Part shown: one piece after another, positions 28,025-36,629 of the stretch
How positions within the stretch are numbered: position 1 is the first letter of the stretch
How the letters are laid out: every line of letters begins with the position of its first letter
NCBI GenBank assembly: GCA_963849585.1
Contig: CAWKHZ010000009.1
Coordinates: 96,771-160,770, forward strand
Direction: 5' to 3'
DNA from: an uncultured Acidobacteriota bacterium
GTDB lineage: Bacteria > Acidobacteriota > Blastocatellia > Pyrinomonadales > Pyrinomonadaceae
DNA: 64,000 nucleotides
Notes under the pieces: model-generated
Seen by the model: only the letters and a program-made list of their open reading frames with translations
Databases searched by the model: none
Told to the model about the DNA's origin: nothing
Translations under genes and position numbers: made by a program

Positions 28025-29007
28025 CCGTAAAGCCGATTGTGATTTTTGGCGGGAAGGGTGGTGTCGGAAAGACCACTGCGGCGGCCGCCTACGCACTGTC
28101 GCTCGCCCACGCTGAACCAAAAAAGAAGTTGCTGATCTTTTCAACCGATCCGGCGCATTCGCTGTCTGACAGTTTTGGTGAGGAGATTGGTCGCGAAAAG
28201 AAAAGCGTCGCCGGCAATACGAACCTCGATGCGATGGAGATCGATCCGGGAGAGTGGTTTGAAGAACTCAAAACACGTTATCGAACGTGGACCGACGAGC
28301 TTTTTGATTCATTGACCGGCGCCTCGCGAATGGAGATCAAATTCGATCGAGAAGCGATGCGTGAACTGGTTGAACTGACGCCCCCAGGCATTGACGAGAT
28401 TGCGGCGTTGGGCGCGATCAGCGATCTGCTCGACGAGAATCGATATCACTCAATCATTCTCGACACAGCTCCGACGGGCCATTTAATCCGGTTTTTGGAG
28501 TTACCGCAGGTCGCGCTCTCATGGATACGAACGTTCATGAAGCTGCTGTTAAAGTATCAGAACGTCGTGAAGGCGACGCAGGTCGCGGAAGAGTTGGTGG
28601 CGTTGTCGAAGAGTATTAAGGGAGTTCTCGCTTTGCTTACTGACGCGAAGCGTTGCGAGTTTGTCGGTGTGGCGATTCCGGAGCGGATGAGTTTGGAAGA
28701 AACGCAGGACCTCGCGAAGGCGCTCGACAAGCTCCAAGTGCCAATGGAGAAGCTTTTGATCAATGGGATGGTCCCCAAAAACAAATGTGATTTCTGTAAA
28801 TCGAGGCGGAAGATGCAGGACGAGGTAGTTGTGAACTTTCGGAAGCGGTTTCGTTCGGTCCAATTGTTTACTGCCCCTCAACAACCGCACGAAATCACCG
28901 GCGCCAAGGATTTACTGAACCATTTTCAGAGTTGGCGAGGGTTGAGAGTGGAAGTTTCCCGCAAAGGCGCAAAGGCGCAAAAAGAACGGTCCAGCGAGGA
29001 GGCTTAA
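28009..29007 (+). CDS. ArsA/Get3(TRC40)-family P-loop ATPase 2
   Basis: 332 aa, overlapping ATPase 1 by 16 nt. Motifs GGKGGVGKTT, STDPAHSLSDSF, DTAPTGHLIRFLELPQ, CDFCKSRRKMQDE. The last ~15 codons (SRKGAKAQKERSSEEA) are encoded by the repeat module. Confidence 0.9.
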   Translation: MEFPLTVKPIVIFGGKGGVGKTTAAAAYALSLAHAEPKKKLLIFSTDPAHSLSDSFGEEIGREKKSVAGNTNLDAMEIDPGEWFEELKTRYRTWTDELFDSLTGASRMEIKFDREAMRELVELTPPGIDEIAALGAISDLLDENRYHSIILDTAPTGHLIRFLELPQVALSWIRTFMKLLLKYQNVVKATQVAEELVALSKSIKGVLALLTDAKRCEFVGVAIPERMSLEETQDLAKALDKLQVPMEKLLINGMVPKNKCDFCKSRRKMQDEVVVNFRKRFRSVQLFTAPQQPHEITGAKDLLNHFQSWRGLRVEVSRKGAKAQKERSSEEA

Positions 29008-29036
29008 TTTCCTTTGCGTCTTTGCGCCTTTGCGGA
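28957..29036. repeat. inverted-repeat module downstream of the ATPase pair
   Basis: TCCCGCAAAGGCGCAAAGGCGCAAAAAG (28957-28984), a 26-nt loop containing the ATPase-2 stop codon, then CCTTTGCGTCTTTGCGCCTTTGCGGA (29011-29036). Confidence 0.85.
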
Positions 29037-29072
29037 AAACTGTAATGAGTGTAAAACACTCTGGACAAACAG

Positions 29073-29876
29073 ATGAACCTGGCCTTCTACGTCTACTGTA
29101 TCGCCGAAAGTTCGGCAGCCGCCGAACTTGCGGCGGGTTCGCTGCCGTCGGCGATTGAAGAAGATTCGAAACTCGAATGGCTCTCGAGCGGCGAACTGGC
29201 GGCACTGATTAGCGAGGTGCCTTTAGCCAGTTATAGTGAAGAAAGCCTTGCTGAACACCTGTCCGATCCGAGTTGGACCGCGGTTCGCGCGATGCGTCAT
29301 GAAACGATCGCGGAGCATGTTGCCAAACGAGCCGCGGTGGTGCCGCTCCGTTTTGGGACTATTTACCTCGAGCGCGCCAAAATCGAACGGATGTTGTCGG
29401 AAAAGAGAAGAGAGCTTCGCGAAATCCTTGAACGCCTGCGCGGGCGTGAAGAGTGGGGCGTGAACATTTTTTGCGATCAGTCCGTGTTGATGTCGAGCAT
29501 CACTTCAGTCAGCCCGGTGTTGCGCGAATTATCGGAGCGTGCGGCCCAGGCCTCGCCCGGCCAGTCGTACCTGATGCAAAAGAAGATCGACGCGTTGAAG
29601 GTCGACGAAGCGCGTGCTGCTCTGAATCGAATTGTCGAACAAGTTGAACAGACACTCGGCGAGCAGAGCGTTGATGCAAAACGTCTGCGTGTGTTAAAGG
29701 TCGAAGCGACTGAGCATGGTGAACTTAAAGCGAAGTTTGCTTTTCTTGTGACGAAGTCGGAGTTTGACGCTTTTCGCGATGCCGCTGAACGGTTGGCACA
29801 GGAACATCAGAGCGCCGGTGTACGTCTTGAACTTACGGGACCCTGGCCCGCATATAATTTTACCCAAATTGAATAA
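29073..29876 (+). CDS. gvpL: gas vesicle protein, GvpL/GvpF family (paralogue 2)
   Basis: 267 aa. FYVYCIAE…, VVPLRFGTIY, C-terminal TGPWPAYNF. Confidence 0.88.
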   Translation: MNLAFYVYCIAESSAAAELAAGSLPSAIEEDSKLEWLSSGELAALISEVPLASYSEESLAEHLSDPSWTAVRAMRHETIAEHVAKRAAVVPLRFGTIYLERAKIERMLSEKRRELREILERLRGREEWGVNIFCDQSVLMSSITSVSPVLRELSERAAQASPGQSYLMQKKIDALKVDEARAALNRIVEQVEQTLGEQSVDAKRLRVLKVEATEHGELKAKFAFLVTKSEFDAFRDAAERLAQEHQSAGVRLELTGPWPAYNFTQIE

Positions 29877-30083
29877 ATGAGTGAGCAATTGGAACAGTTA
29901 GATATTCTGGAGCAGTCTGATGTCTCGTTGCTCGAAACTCTCGATCACGTGCTCAACCGCGGCCTCGTGATCGCGGGCGAAATCACTATCTCCGTCGCCG
30001 ACATCGACTTGATCTTTATCGGCTTGAACGTCCTCGTCAGTTCGGTCGAGACTGCCAACGAAGTCGTACGCAAACGTGAATGA
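29877..30083 (+). CDS. small GvpA-family gas vesicle protein (GvpS/GvpM-like)
   Basis: 68 aa. LLETLDHVLNRGLVIAGEITISVADIDLIFIGLNVLVSSVETA matches the GvpA/J/M/S core. Its start abuts the upstream stop. Confidence 0.85.
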   Translation: MSEQLEQLDILEQSDVSLLETLDHVLNRGLVIAGEITISVADIDLIFIGLNVLVSSVETANEVVRKRE

Positions 30084-30817
30084 AGTTATATGTCTACTGC
30101 CTCGCCGAGAAGCCAGCCGTGAAGCCCGCCGTGAAGTTCGCCGCGCTGGCAGCGCCAGTCGTGGGCATTTCAGGCGTGAACGTCGAGGTCATCGAGGTAG
30201 AAGGTCTTTCCTTGCTGGTGAGCCGATATGAAGGCGATTCAGCGCTGGTAACTCGTGAAAATGTCCTTACTCACGATAGTGTTGTTCGCAGCGTGCTCAA
30301 TGAAACAACGCCGTTACCCTTTCGGTTCGGATCTGTGGTAACGGAACAACAGCTCGCCAGTTATATACGGACTCACCGAAAGAATTTGGAAATGAAACTA
30401 GGTCAGGTCCGCGGCTGTCTCGAGATGAGCGTAAAGATCATCTGGGACACGGATGAGACCGAATCAGGATCAAAGAGGGATGATCTAGGCCCAGGAGCGG
30501 CATTTCTCCTCCAAAAACAGCGCGAAATCATGGGCGGGGAACATCGCGCTGAGAAAGCAAAGCAAGTGTCCTCATGGCTCAGCGAACAGGTTGAGGGGCT
30601 GGTGAAGCAGGAAGAAGTTAGTCTTTGCCCGACAGAAAAGCTGATCGTGGCCGCAGCTCATCTGGTTAGCCGCCAGAAAGTTGCGGAATACCGCGAGAGC
30701 CTCGCCGAAGCCCGTAAAACACGGCCGGAACTCCACTTTTTGGTAAGCGGACCGTGGCCGCCGTATACTTTTTCCAACATAGAGCTTGAAGTCAAAACGC
30801 GGTTCGGAGTAAGCTGA
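30080..30817 (+). CDS. gas vesicle protein, GvpL/GvpF family (paralogue 3)
   Basis: 245 aa. LYVYCLAE…, PLPFRFGSVV, C-terminal SGPWPPYTF. ATGA overlap with the upstream gene. Confidence 0.85.
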   Translation: MKLYVYCLAEKPAVKPAVKFAALAAPVVGISGVNVEVIEVEGLSLLVSRYEGDSALVTRENVLTHDSVVRSVLNETTPLPFRFGSVVTEQQLASYIRTHRKNLEMKLGQVRGCLEMSVKIIWDTDETESGSKRDDLGPGAAFLLQKQREIMGGEHRAEKAKQVSSWLSEQVEGLVKQEEVSLCPTEKLIVAAAHLVSRQKVAEYRESLAEARKTRPELHFLVSGPWPPYTFSNIELEVKTRFGVS

Positions 30818-31182
30818 TGGAGCTTTCCCCCGAAAAATCCCCTACGGCTGAGCCGGAGATCGAAACCTCGCACGTTGATGAGTTTGTAGAGCAATTGAGT
30901 TGCGTCACAAACTCTTTACCGTCGCGAATTAATATCGACGCGCAAAGCGTCGAACAGGGTCTCGCGAAGCTGGTTCTTACTTTGATCGAGTTCATCCGTC
31001 GTCTGCTCGAAAAGCAGGCGGTCCGCCGCATGGAAGGCGGGGATCTCTCACCTGAACAAATCGAAGAACTCGGGTTGGCGCTTATGAAGTTAGAAGGGAA
31101 GCTTCAAGAACTAAAAGAACAATTTGGGTTAACGGATGAAGATCTCAATCTCGATCTCGGTCCTGTGGGACGTCTGATTTAA
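30817..31182 (+). CDS. gvpK: gas vesicle protein K
   Basis: 121 aa. GLAKLVLTLIEFIRRLLEKQAVRRME is the conserved GvpK core. 1-nt overlap with the upstream gene. Confidence 0.88.
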   Translation: MELSPEKSPTAEPEIETSHVDEFVEQLSCVTNSLPSRINIDAQSVEQGLAKLVLTLIEFIRRLLEKQAVRRMEGGDLSPEQIEELGLALMKLEGKLQELKEQFGLTDEDLNLDLGPVGRLI

Positions 31183-31273
31183 CTGAAGTAAGTCTTTCCC
31201 CGGCATTGCATACGACGGTGGCGGCCACCTGAGCTTTTTGAGTTAAGCCGCCTCCTGAGAGTGGAGGACGAAA

Positions 31274-31651
31274 GTGTCCAGTGAGCGGTCTACCCTTATA
31301 ACTGCCCGTCCCCCGGGCTTAGTTGATGTTCTCGATCGCATTCTTGACAAGGGGTTGGTCATAGCCGGCGACATCAAAGTGTCGCTCGCCAACGTAGAAC
31401 TACTCACCTTGCAGATTCGACTACTCGTGTGTTCGATCGACAAGGCAGAGCAAATTGGCCTGAACTGGTGGCGCTACGACACGAACCTGACGACAAGGGC
31501 CGCGCGCGCCGAGGCCGAGAACGTCGAATTGCGGGAGCGACTCTCGCAGCTGGAGCTGGAGATCCGAAAGCTTGGAGCGAGCGGCACCGTAACCGAGGTC
31601 ACGCGAACAGAGATCAAAAAGAATATTAAGAGCAAAGGGCGGCGTCGTTAA
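31274..31651 (+). CDS. gvpJ: gas vesicle protein J (GvpA family)
   Basis: 125 aa, GTG start preceded by GGAGGA. LVDVLDRILDKGLVIAGDIKVSLANVELLTLQIRLLVCSIDKAEQIGLNWW plus a charged helical tail. Confidence 0.88.
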   Translation: MSSERSTLITARPPGLVDVLDRILDKGLVIAGDIKVSLANVELLTLQIRLLVCSIDKAEQIGLNWWRYDTNLTTRAARAEAENVELRERLSQLELEIRKLGASGTVTEVTRTEIKKNIKSKGRRR

Positions 31652-31701
31652 CGCTGGGCTAATGCTGGCTTTCACAACTTTGGATAAAGGAACCTAAGCA
31701 A

Positions 31702-31983
31702 ATGGCTGTCGAAAGAGCACCAGGCGGAACTAGTCTAATAGACGTCCTTGATCGCGTACTCGACAAGGGTATCGTCATCGACGCCTGGGTCCGTATCTCA
31801 CTGGTGGGAATAGACCTGATCACCATCGAAGCTCGTGTGGTTGTTGCTTCAATTGACACTTACCTCAAGTACGCTGAAGCCGTAGGTCTGACGCCGGCCG
31901 TTTCCCGCCCGGCTTTGACCCCCGGAGCAGAAACTGTGGAAACTGAAACTCGTCGCCGAGTCACAGTTGAAGAGAAAAAATAA
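31702..31983 (+). CDS. gvpA: major gas vesicle structural protein GvpA
   Basis: 93 aa. [53 protein letters not shown] is near-canonical GvpA. It has an extra charged C-terminal tail of about 20 aa. Confidence 0.95.
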   Translation: MAVERAPGGTSLIDVLDRVLDKGIVIDAWVRISLVGIDLITIEARVVVASIDTYLKYAEAVGLTPAVSRPALTPGAETVETETRRRVTVEEKK

Positions 31984-31984
31984 C

Positions 31985-32033
31985 ACACGGTGTAGTCCGT
32001 GTTTTGATGTGTGCGGCAAACACAAATTTTTAG
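31985..32033 (+). terminator. weak terminator candidates after gvpA
   Basis: ACACGG-TGTAGT-CCGTGT followed by TTT (31985-32005), and a second short hairpin TGTGTG…AACACA followed by AATTTTT. Both stems are short. Confidence 0.3.
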
Positions 32034-32036
32034 AAA

Positions 32037-35000
32037 ATGGGTGAAGTCCCCACAGAGTTAGCCTTTGCCACGGTCCCGCCGATCTCAGATAACGAACGGA
32101 TCGGTTCCTACCTGCGCCAGTATGAAGTGTTCGTGGAGACCACGACGCAGATGCTGGCGACACCTCGGGTGAATGAACGACTCCTGCTCGCGCTGGAAGG
32201 CATTGCCAACATCTTCGGACACCGGCAGGCCGCCGTTGCCATCATCAATGAAAGAGATGCCGAGTTGCGCATCCGCGCGGCCGTCGGTTTTGACGCTGAG
32301 CAACCGGCACGAGCGGAGATGCCGCTGGATTCCAGCGCTGCGTGTGTACGCGTGATTCACGACGCCGTTCCGTTGTGGATCTCTATGAAGGAAGACGTCG
32401 CCTCACGAACTCTCTTCGACAAAATGCACTGGCAGAACGACATCCTCGCGTTGCCGTTGTTTGGAATCTCCGAGATCTCTCCGACTCGAACCCGCGATTC
32501 ACGAAGCGGTTCGCGACTTCCCGGTCAATTCTGGACTTTCGAACCAGGCTCGCGACTCGGCGTTCTTTACGTCGGCGCCGATCGAGAAACAATCGACCCG
32601 CTTTCTCTTAATCTATTGAAACGCTTCGCCGATCGCGTAGGCATCATCACGTCGCTCGCGACTCACCAGGAGAAGCTCGTCACTACCGTTACGAAACTAC
32701 AGCGGGAACGGCAGTGGATCGAGTCGATCATGAAGTCGGTCGCCGATCCGATAGTGCTCACCGATCTCGACAACGAAATCCTGCTGCAGAATCGACGCGC
32801 CGAGGAATTGTTCAGCGGATCGGCAAACGCCGGCGAAGGAAAACGCCGCGCGCTCAAGATGAACGACCTGCTGTTCTCGGCTTATCTGTCGAGCGCGACC
32901 GTTTCGTCTTCGAATTTAATCCAGCGAGACATCACGCTCGTCGACCCGATTGAAGGTTCGGACATCCACTTCGAAGTAATCTCGACACCCGCCGCAAACT
33001 CGCGTGGCGAACCGCTCGGTCTCGTCTCGATCTTTCGCGACGTGACCGATCTGCGCGAAGCGAACGAAGAGCTCGCGCGCAACTTCATCAAGTTGCAACA
33101 CGCCGAATCCGATGCGCTCGTGAACGCGATCGTCTCGACCTGATCATCGAAAACGTGGGCCATCCGATCGTCGTCTGCGATTCGGCGGGCAACTACATTC
33201 TGTTCAACCGCCGCGCGGAGTTGTTGTTCGAAGAGAAGTCGTCGTTTCGTGCAGCCGCGGCTGGCGCCGTTCGGACCAACGCAGTGAAGCTCACGTCGTT
33301 CATCTCAGGCCTGGCGTCGGCATCGGAAACCGGCAGGCAGGCGGAGATCGAGTTGATCGATCCTGAGAGTGGCCGATTTTTGCCGATGGAGATCACGGCG
33401 CGCGAGGTTTTGGATCCAACGGGCCAGGTCACAGCGGTAGTTTCGATTCTTCACGACCTGACCGAGATTCGCGAGCTCGAGCGACGCCGCGTCGAACAAC
33501 AGTTGTTTGAGTCAGAGAAACTCGCCGCGGTCGGCCGTCTCGCCGCGTCGATCGCTCACGAAGTCAACAATCCGCTGGAAGCTATCAAGAACGCGCTTTA
33601 CCTGATGCAATCGGGATCCGAATGAGAACAAGAACTCCCGCTTCCTCGAGATCGCGCGAAAGGAAACCGAACGCGTTTCACACATCATTCGCCAGATGCT
33701 TGGTTTCGCGCGCCGTCCCGGCGAGGTCGATTGGGTTGACGTGAATCAATTGCTCGAAGAGACGCTCGTGCTGCTGGAAAAGAAATTGCGCCAGCAGCGC
33801 ATCCGCGTGAACGGGATTTGATCGAGACGCTGCCGCAGATTCGCGCGCGCGCCGACCAATTGCGCCAGGTGTTTCTCAATCTGATTCATCAACGCGCAGC
33901 AGGCAATCAAGGCGGCGGTGAGATCAACATCTCACGTCGCGCTACGAACAGGCATTGCAGCCGTCGATCATCGTCCAAATCAGCGACAGCGGCGTCGGTA
34001 TCGCGAAGACGATTTGCGCGCATCTTCGATCCGTTTTTCTCCACCGGCAAGAAAGGAACTGGCCTCGGCTTGTGGGTGACGCAGGACATCGTCAGACAAC
34101 ACGGCGGCCGCATCGAAGTGAGCAGCGAACTAGGCCGCGGCACTGTTTTCAGCATCGTACTGCAGGTTGATTCCCCGATTTTCGAAGCAAGAAACCGGAA
34201 CGGTAACGACAAAATGAGCCACAGATTGGACCATACCGATAAGGACCTGGCAGTAGATGACGGAAACGGCATGCCGTCGCTTATACATGACGGACGATTG
34301 CTGGTGGTCGATGATGAAGAGAATCTGCGCATCACCACCGCTGCAATTCTCGAAAAGGAGGGTTACACGGTTGACACCGCGTCCAGCGGCGACGAAGCGA
34401 TCGCCCTGCTCGGCAGAAACTGATTACGATCTCGTGCTCACCGACCTGCACATGGAAGGCGGCGAAGGACTGGCGGTACTCAACGAGATCCGCCGTCACG
34501 CACCGTTGACGATCTCCGTCGTCCTGACTGGGTTTGCTTCGGTCGAATCGGCCATCTCCGCGCTGCAGGAAGGCGCGTACGACTATCTCGTCAAGCCGTG
34601 TGACATCGAGAGCGATGAAACACACGATTCGCCGCGGCGTCGATCACCGTCGTCTCATGCTCGCCGAACAGAAGGCGCGCACTGATCTGGAGCAGCTCAA
34701 TCTCGATCTCGAACAGAGAATCGTCGAACGCACGGCCGAGTTGACTCGCCTGAACGCCGAGCTCGCCGAAGCGAATCGCGCGAAAGACGTTTTTCTCGCG
34801 ACGCTTTCCCACGAATTGCGCACGCCGCTTACGCCCGTCGTGGGCTGGATCAAACTATTGCGCAGCGGGAATCTCGACAAGAAGAGCGTGGCGCAGGCGC
34901 TGGACGCGATCGAACGAAACGCCTGGCTGCAGGCGCGACTGATCGACGATCTGCTCGACACTTCGCGCATTGCCACCGGCAAGTTGCAGTTCGAACCGCG

Positions 35001-35902
35001 GCCCATGGACTTGAACTTGGCCGTCAAAGCCGCGCTCGACACAGTGCTCGCGTCTGCCGCTTCGCGCAATATCGAACTGTCCGTCAATCTGTCGCCTTCA
35101 ACGCTTGTCGTCATGGGTGAGCCGGTGCGACTCCAGCAGATCGCCTGGAACCTTGCTTTCAAATGCCATCAAGTTCACTGAACCCGGCGGGAAGGTGACT
35201 GTCTCGACACTGAGGTCGACGGCCGCAAGCGCGTCTCGTCGTGATCGGACACAGGAATCGGCATCGACCCGGATTTCCTGCCGCACGTCTTCGATCGTTT
35301 CCGGCAGGCAGACGGCTCGACGTCGCGTCGCCATGGCGGCTTGGGACTCGGCCTCGCGATCGCCGATGCGCTGGCAAAGATGCACGGCGGGCGGTTCGAG
35401 GCGCAGTCGGAAGGCGCACGGAAAAGGCTCAACTTTCATGTTCCGCATATGGCACTGGCAGCGGAACACGTAATCCCCGAGGAACCGGTCGAGCAAGAGT
35501 CATTCGTTGAAAGATCTTGGAGGTGTTGATTGTCGAAGACTCGGAAGACACGCTGACGCTGCTGAGCGCGATGTTCTCGCGTGAAGGTGCGAACGTGATC
35601 ACCGCGACTTCCGCCGCCTACGCTTTGGAGCGGGCGAGCACAAACCAGCCCGACATCGTGATTTCCGACATCGGCATGCCGGACGTCGATGGTTACGAGC
35701 TGCTCGAACAACTCAAGCAGATTCCCCGGAATGAACAGCATTCCGGCGATTGCGATCTCCGGATACGCCAGTGACGAGGACCGGCGCAAAGCGCATCAGC
35801 GTCGGCTACCTCGCGCTCATCCCAAAACCGATCGACGTTGACGCCCTTTTCGAGTTCATTCACGACCTAAAACTCCCGAAAATGTCGCCGGCGAATAAGT
35901 AA
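32037..35902 (+). pseudogene. GAF/PAS hybrid sensor histidine kinase-response regulator locus with two kinase cores; multiply frameshifted as given
   Basis: Fragments:
- 32037..33143: GAF + PAS.
- 33155..33625: PAS + H-box AASIAHEVNNPL.
- 33818..34423: G-box GTGLGLWVTQDIVRQHGGRI, then REC LLVVDDEENL.
- 34257..34685: REC DLVLTDLHMEGGEG…LVKPCDIE.
- 34534..35181: coiled coil + second H-box FLATLSHELRTPL.
- 35105..35529: NAIKFTEPGG and GLGLAIADALAKMHGG.
- 35517..35774: second REC VLIVEDSEDTL…DIGMPDVDGYELL.
The tail reads to TAA at 35900-35902. It could be one or two genes; the frame breaks prevent a decision. Confidence 0.75.
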
Positions 35903-35952
35903 TCCACCGTCGTAAATGGCCGAAACGGACTCGAACTCTTTTTCATCAATAG

Positions 35953-35988
35953 TTGACAAAATCGAAATTGTAACTATAATGGTTACAA
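35953..35988 (+). promoter_or_regulatory. consensus sigma-70 promoter with overlapping palindromic operator upstream of the Rrf2 gene
   Basis: TTGACA (35953-35958), a 16-nt spacer, then TATAAT (35975-35980). The inverted repeat TTGTAAC (35968-35974) / GTTACAA (35982-35988) straddles the -10 box. It lies about 40 nt upstream of the Rrf2 start. Confidence 0.6.
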
Positions 35989-36026
35989 AATTGAGATGCC
36001 CGAGTTGTCCCGGATTGTTTTGAAAT

Positions 36027-36608
36027 ATGTCGACTAACAGCCGCTTCGCCGTAGCGGTGCATGTCTTGAGTTTGATGGCTTGGTCGGGCGAAGAACCCCT
36101 TAAATCCGAACAAGTTGCGGAAAGCGTGAACACCAATCCGGTAGTGATCCGCCGGATGTTGCTCGACCTGGCGCAGGCCGGGCTGGTGGTTTCGCAGACT
36201 GGTTCGATGGGCGGTTCCCGGCTGGCTACTGACCCGGCGAAAACAACGCTTTTGGACGTTTACCAGGCACTCGAGTGCGGCGGTGTTTTCTCATTGCACC
36301 GGCAGCCGCCCAGCCGCGATTGTCCGGTCGGCGTCAATATTGAAACAGTGCTGGGCGAAGTTTTACAGGAAGTTGATTCCGCCGTCGAGCAGGTGTTGAA
36401 AAACATCACCATCGACGACGTCGTACAACGATTAAAGCCTTGCGGAACTCTCACAAACAGACAGCCCACGCATGTAACAGCCGCAACGGCAACGGGAAAA
36501 CGAATAGCAAAACTAACGGACGTAATGGCAACGGCCGAAAGCAATCTCCCAGGGCAGATAGTGCAAGTGCGAACGGAGAGGGTCGCAAAAATACTTCGAA
36601 CTGCCTAA
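36027..36608 (+). CDS. Rrf2-family transcriptional regulator
   Basis: 193 aa. Typical Rrf2 N-terminus SRFAVAVHVLSLMAW… with a winged HTH, three Cys (ALECGG, SRDCPVG, KPCG) and an unusually long C-terminal extension. Confidence 0.85.
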   Translation: MSTNSRFAVAVHVLSLMAWSGEEPLKSEQVAESVNTNPVVIRRMLLDLAQAGLVVSQTGSMGGSRLATDPAKTTLLDVYQALECGGVFSLHRQPPSRDCPVGVNIETVLGEVLQEVDSAVEQVLKNITIDDVVQRLKPCGTLTNRQPTHVTAATATGKRIAKLTDVMATAESNLPGQIVQVRTERVAKILRTA

Positions 36609-36629
36609 AGCGAGAAAGGAATAGCTAAT

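Noticed and set aside
27080-29007. The two ArsA-family genes as an arsenite-efflux (ars) operon
   Set aside because: No arsB/acr3, arsC, arsD or arsR gene is nearby. The genes sit inside a translationally coupled gvp operon. Each is a single-domain protein of about 320 aa with a Get3-like CxxC region, not the fused two-domain ~580-aa pump ATPase.
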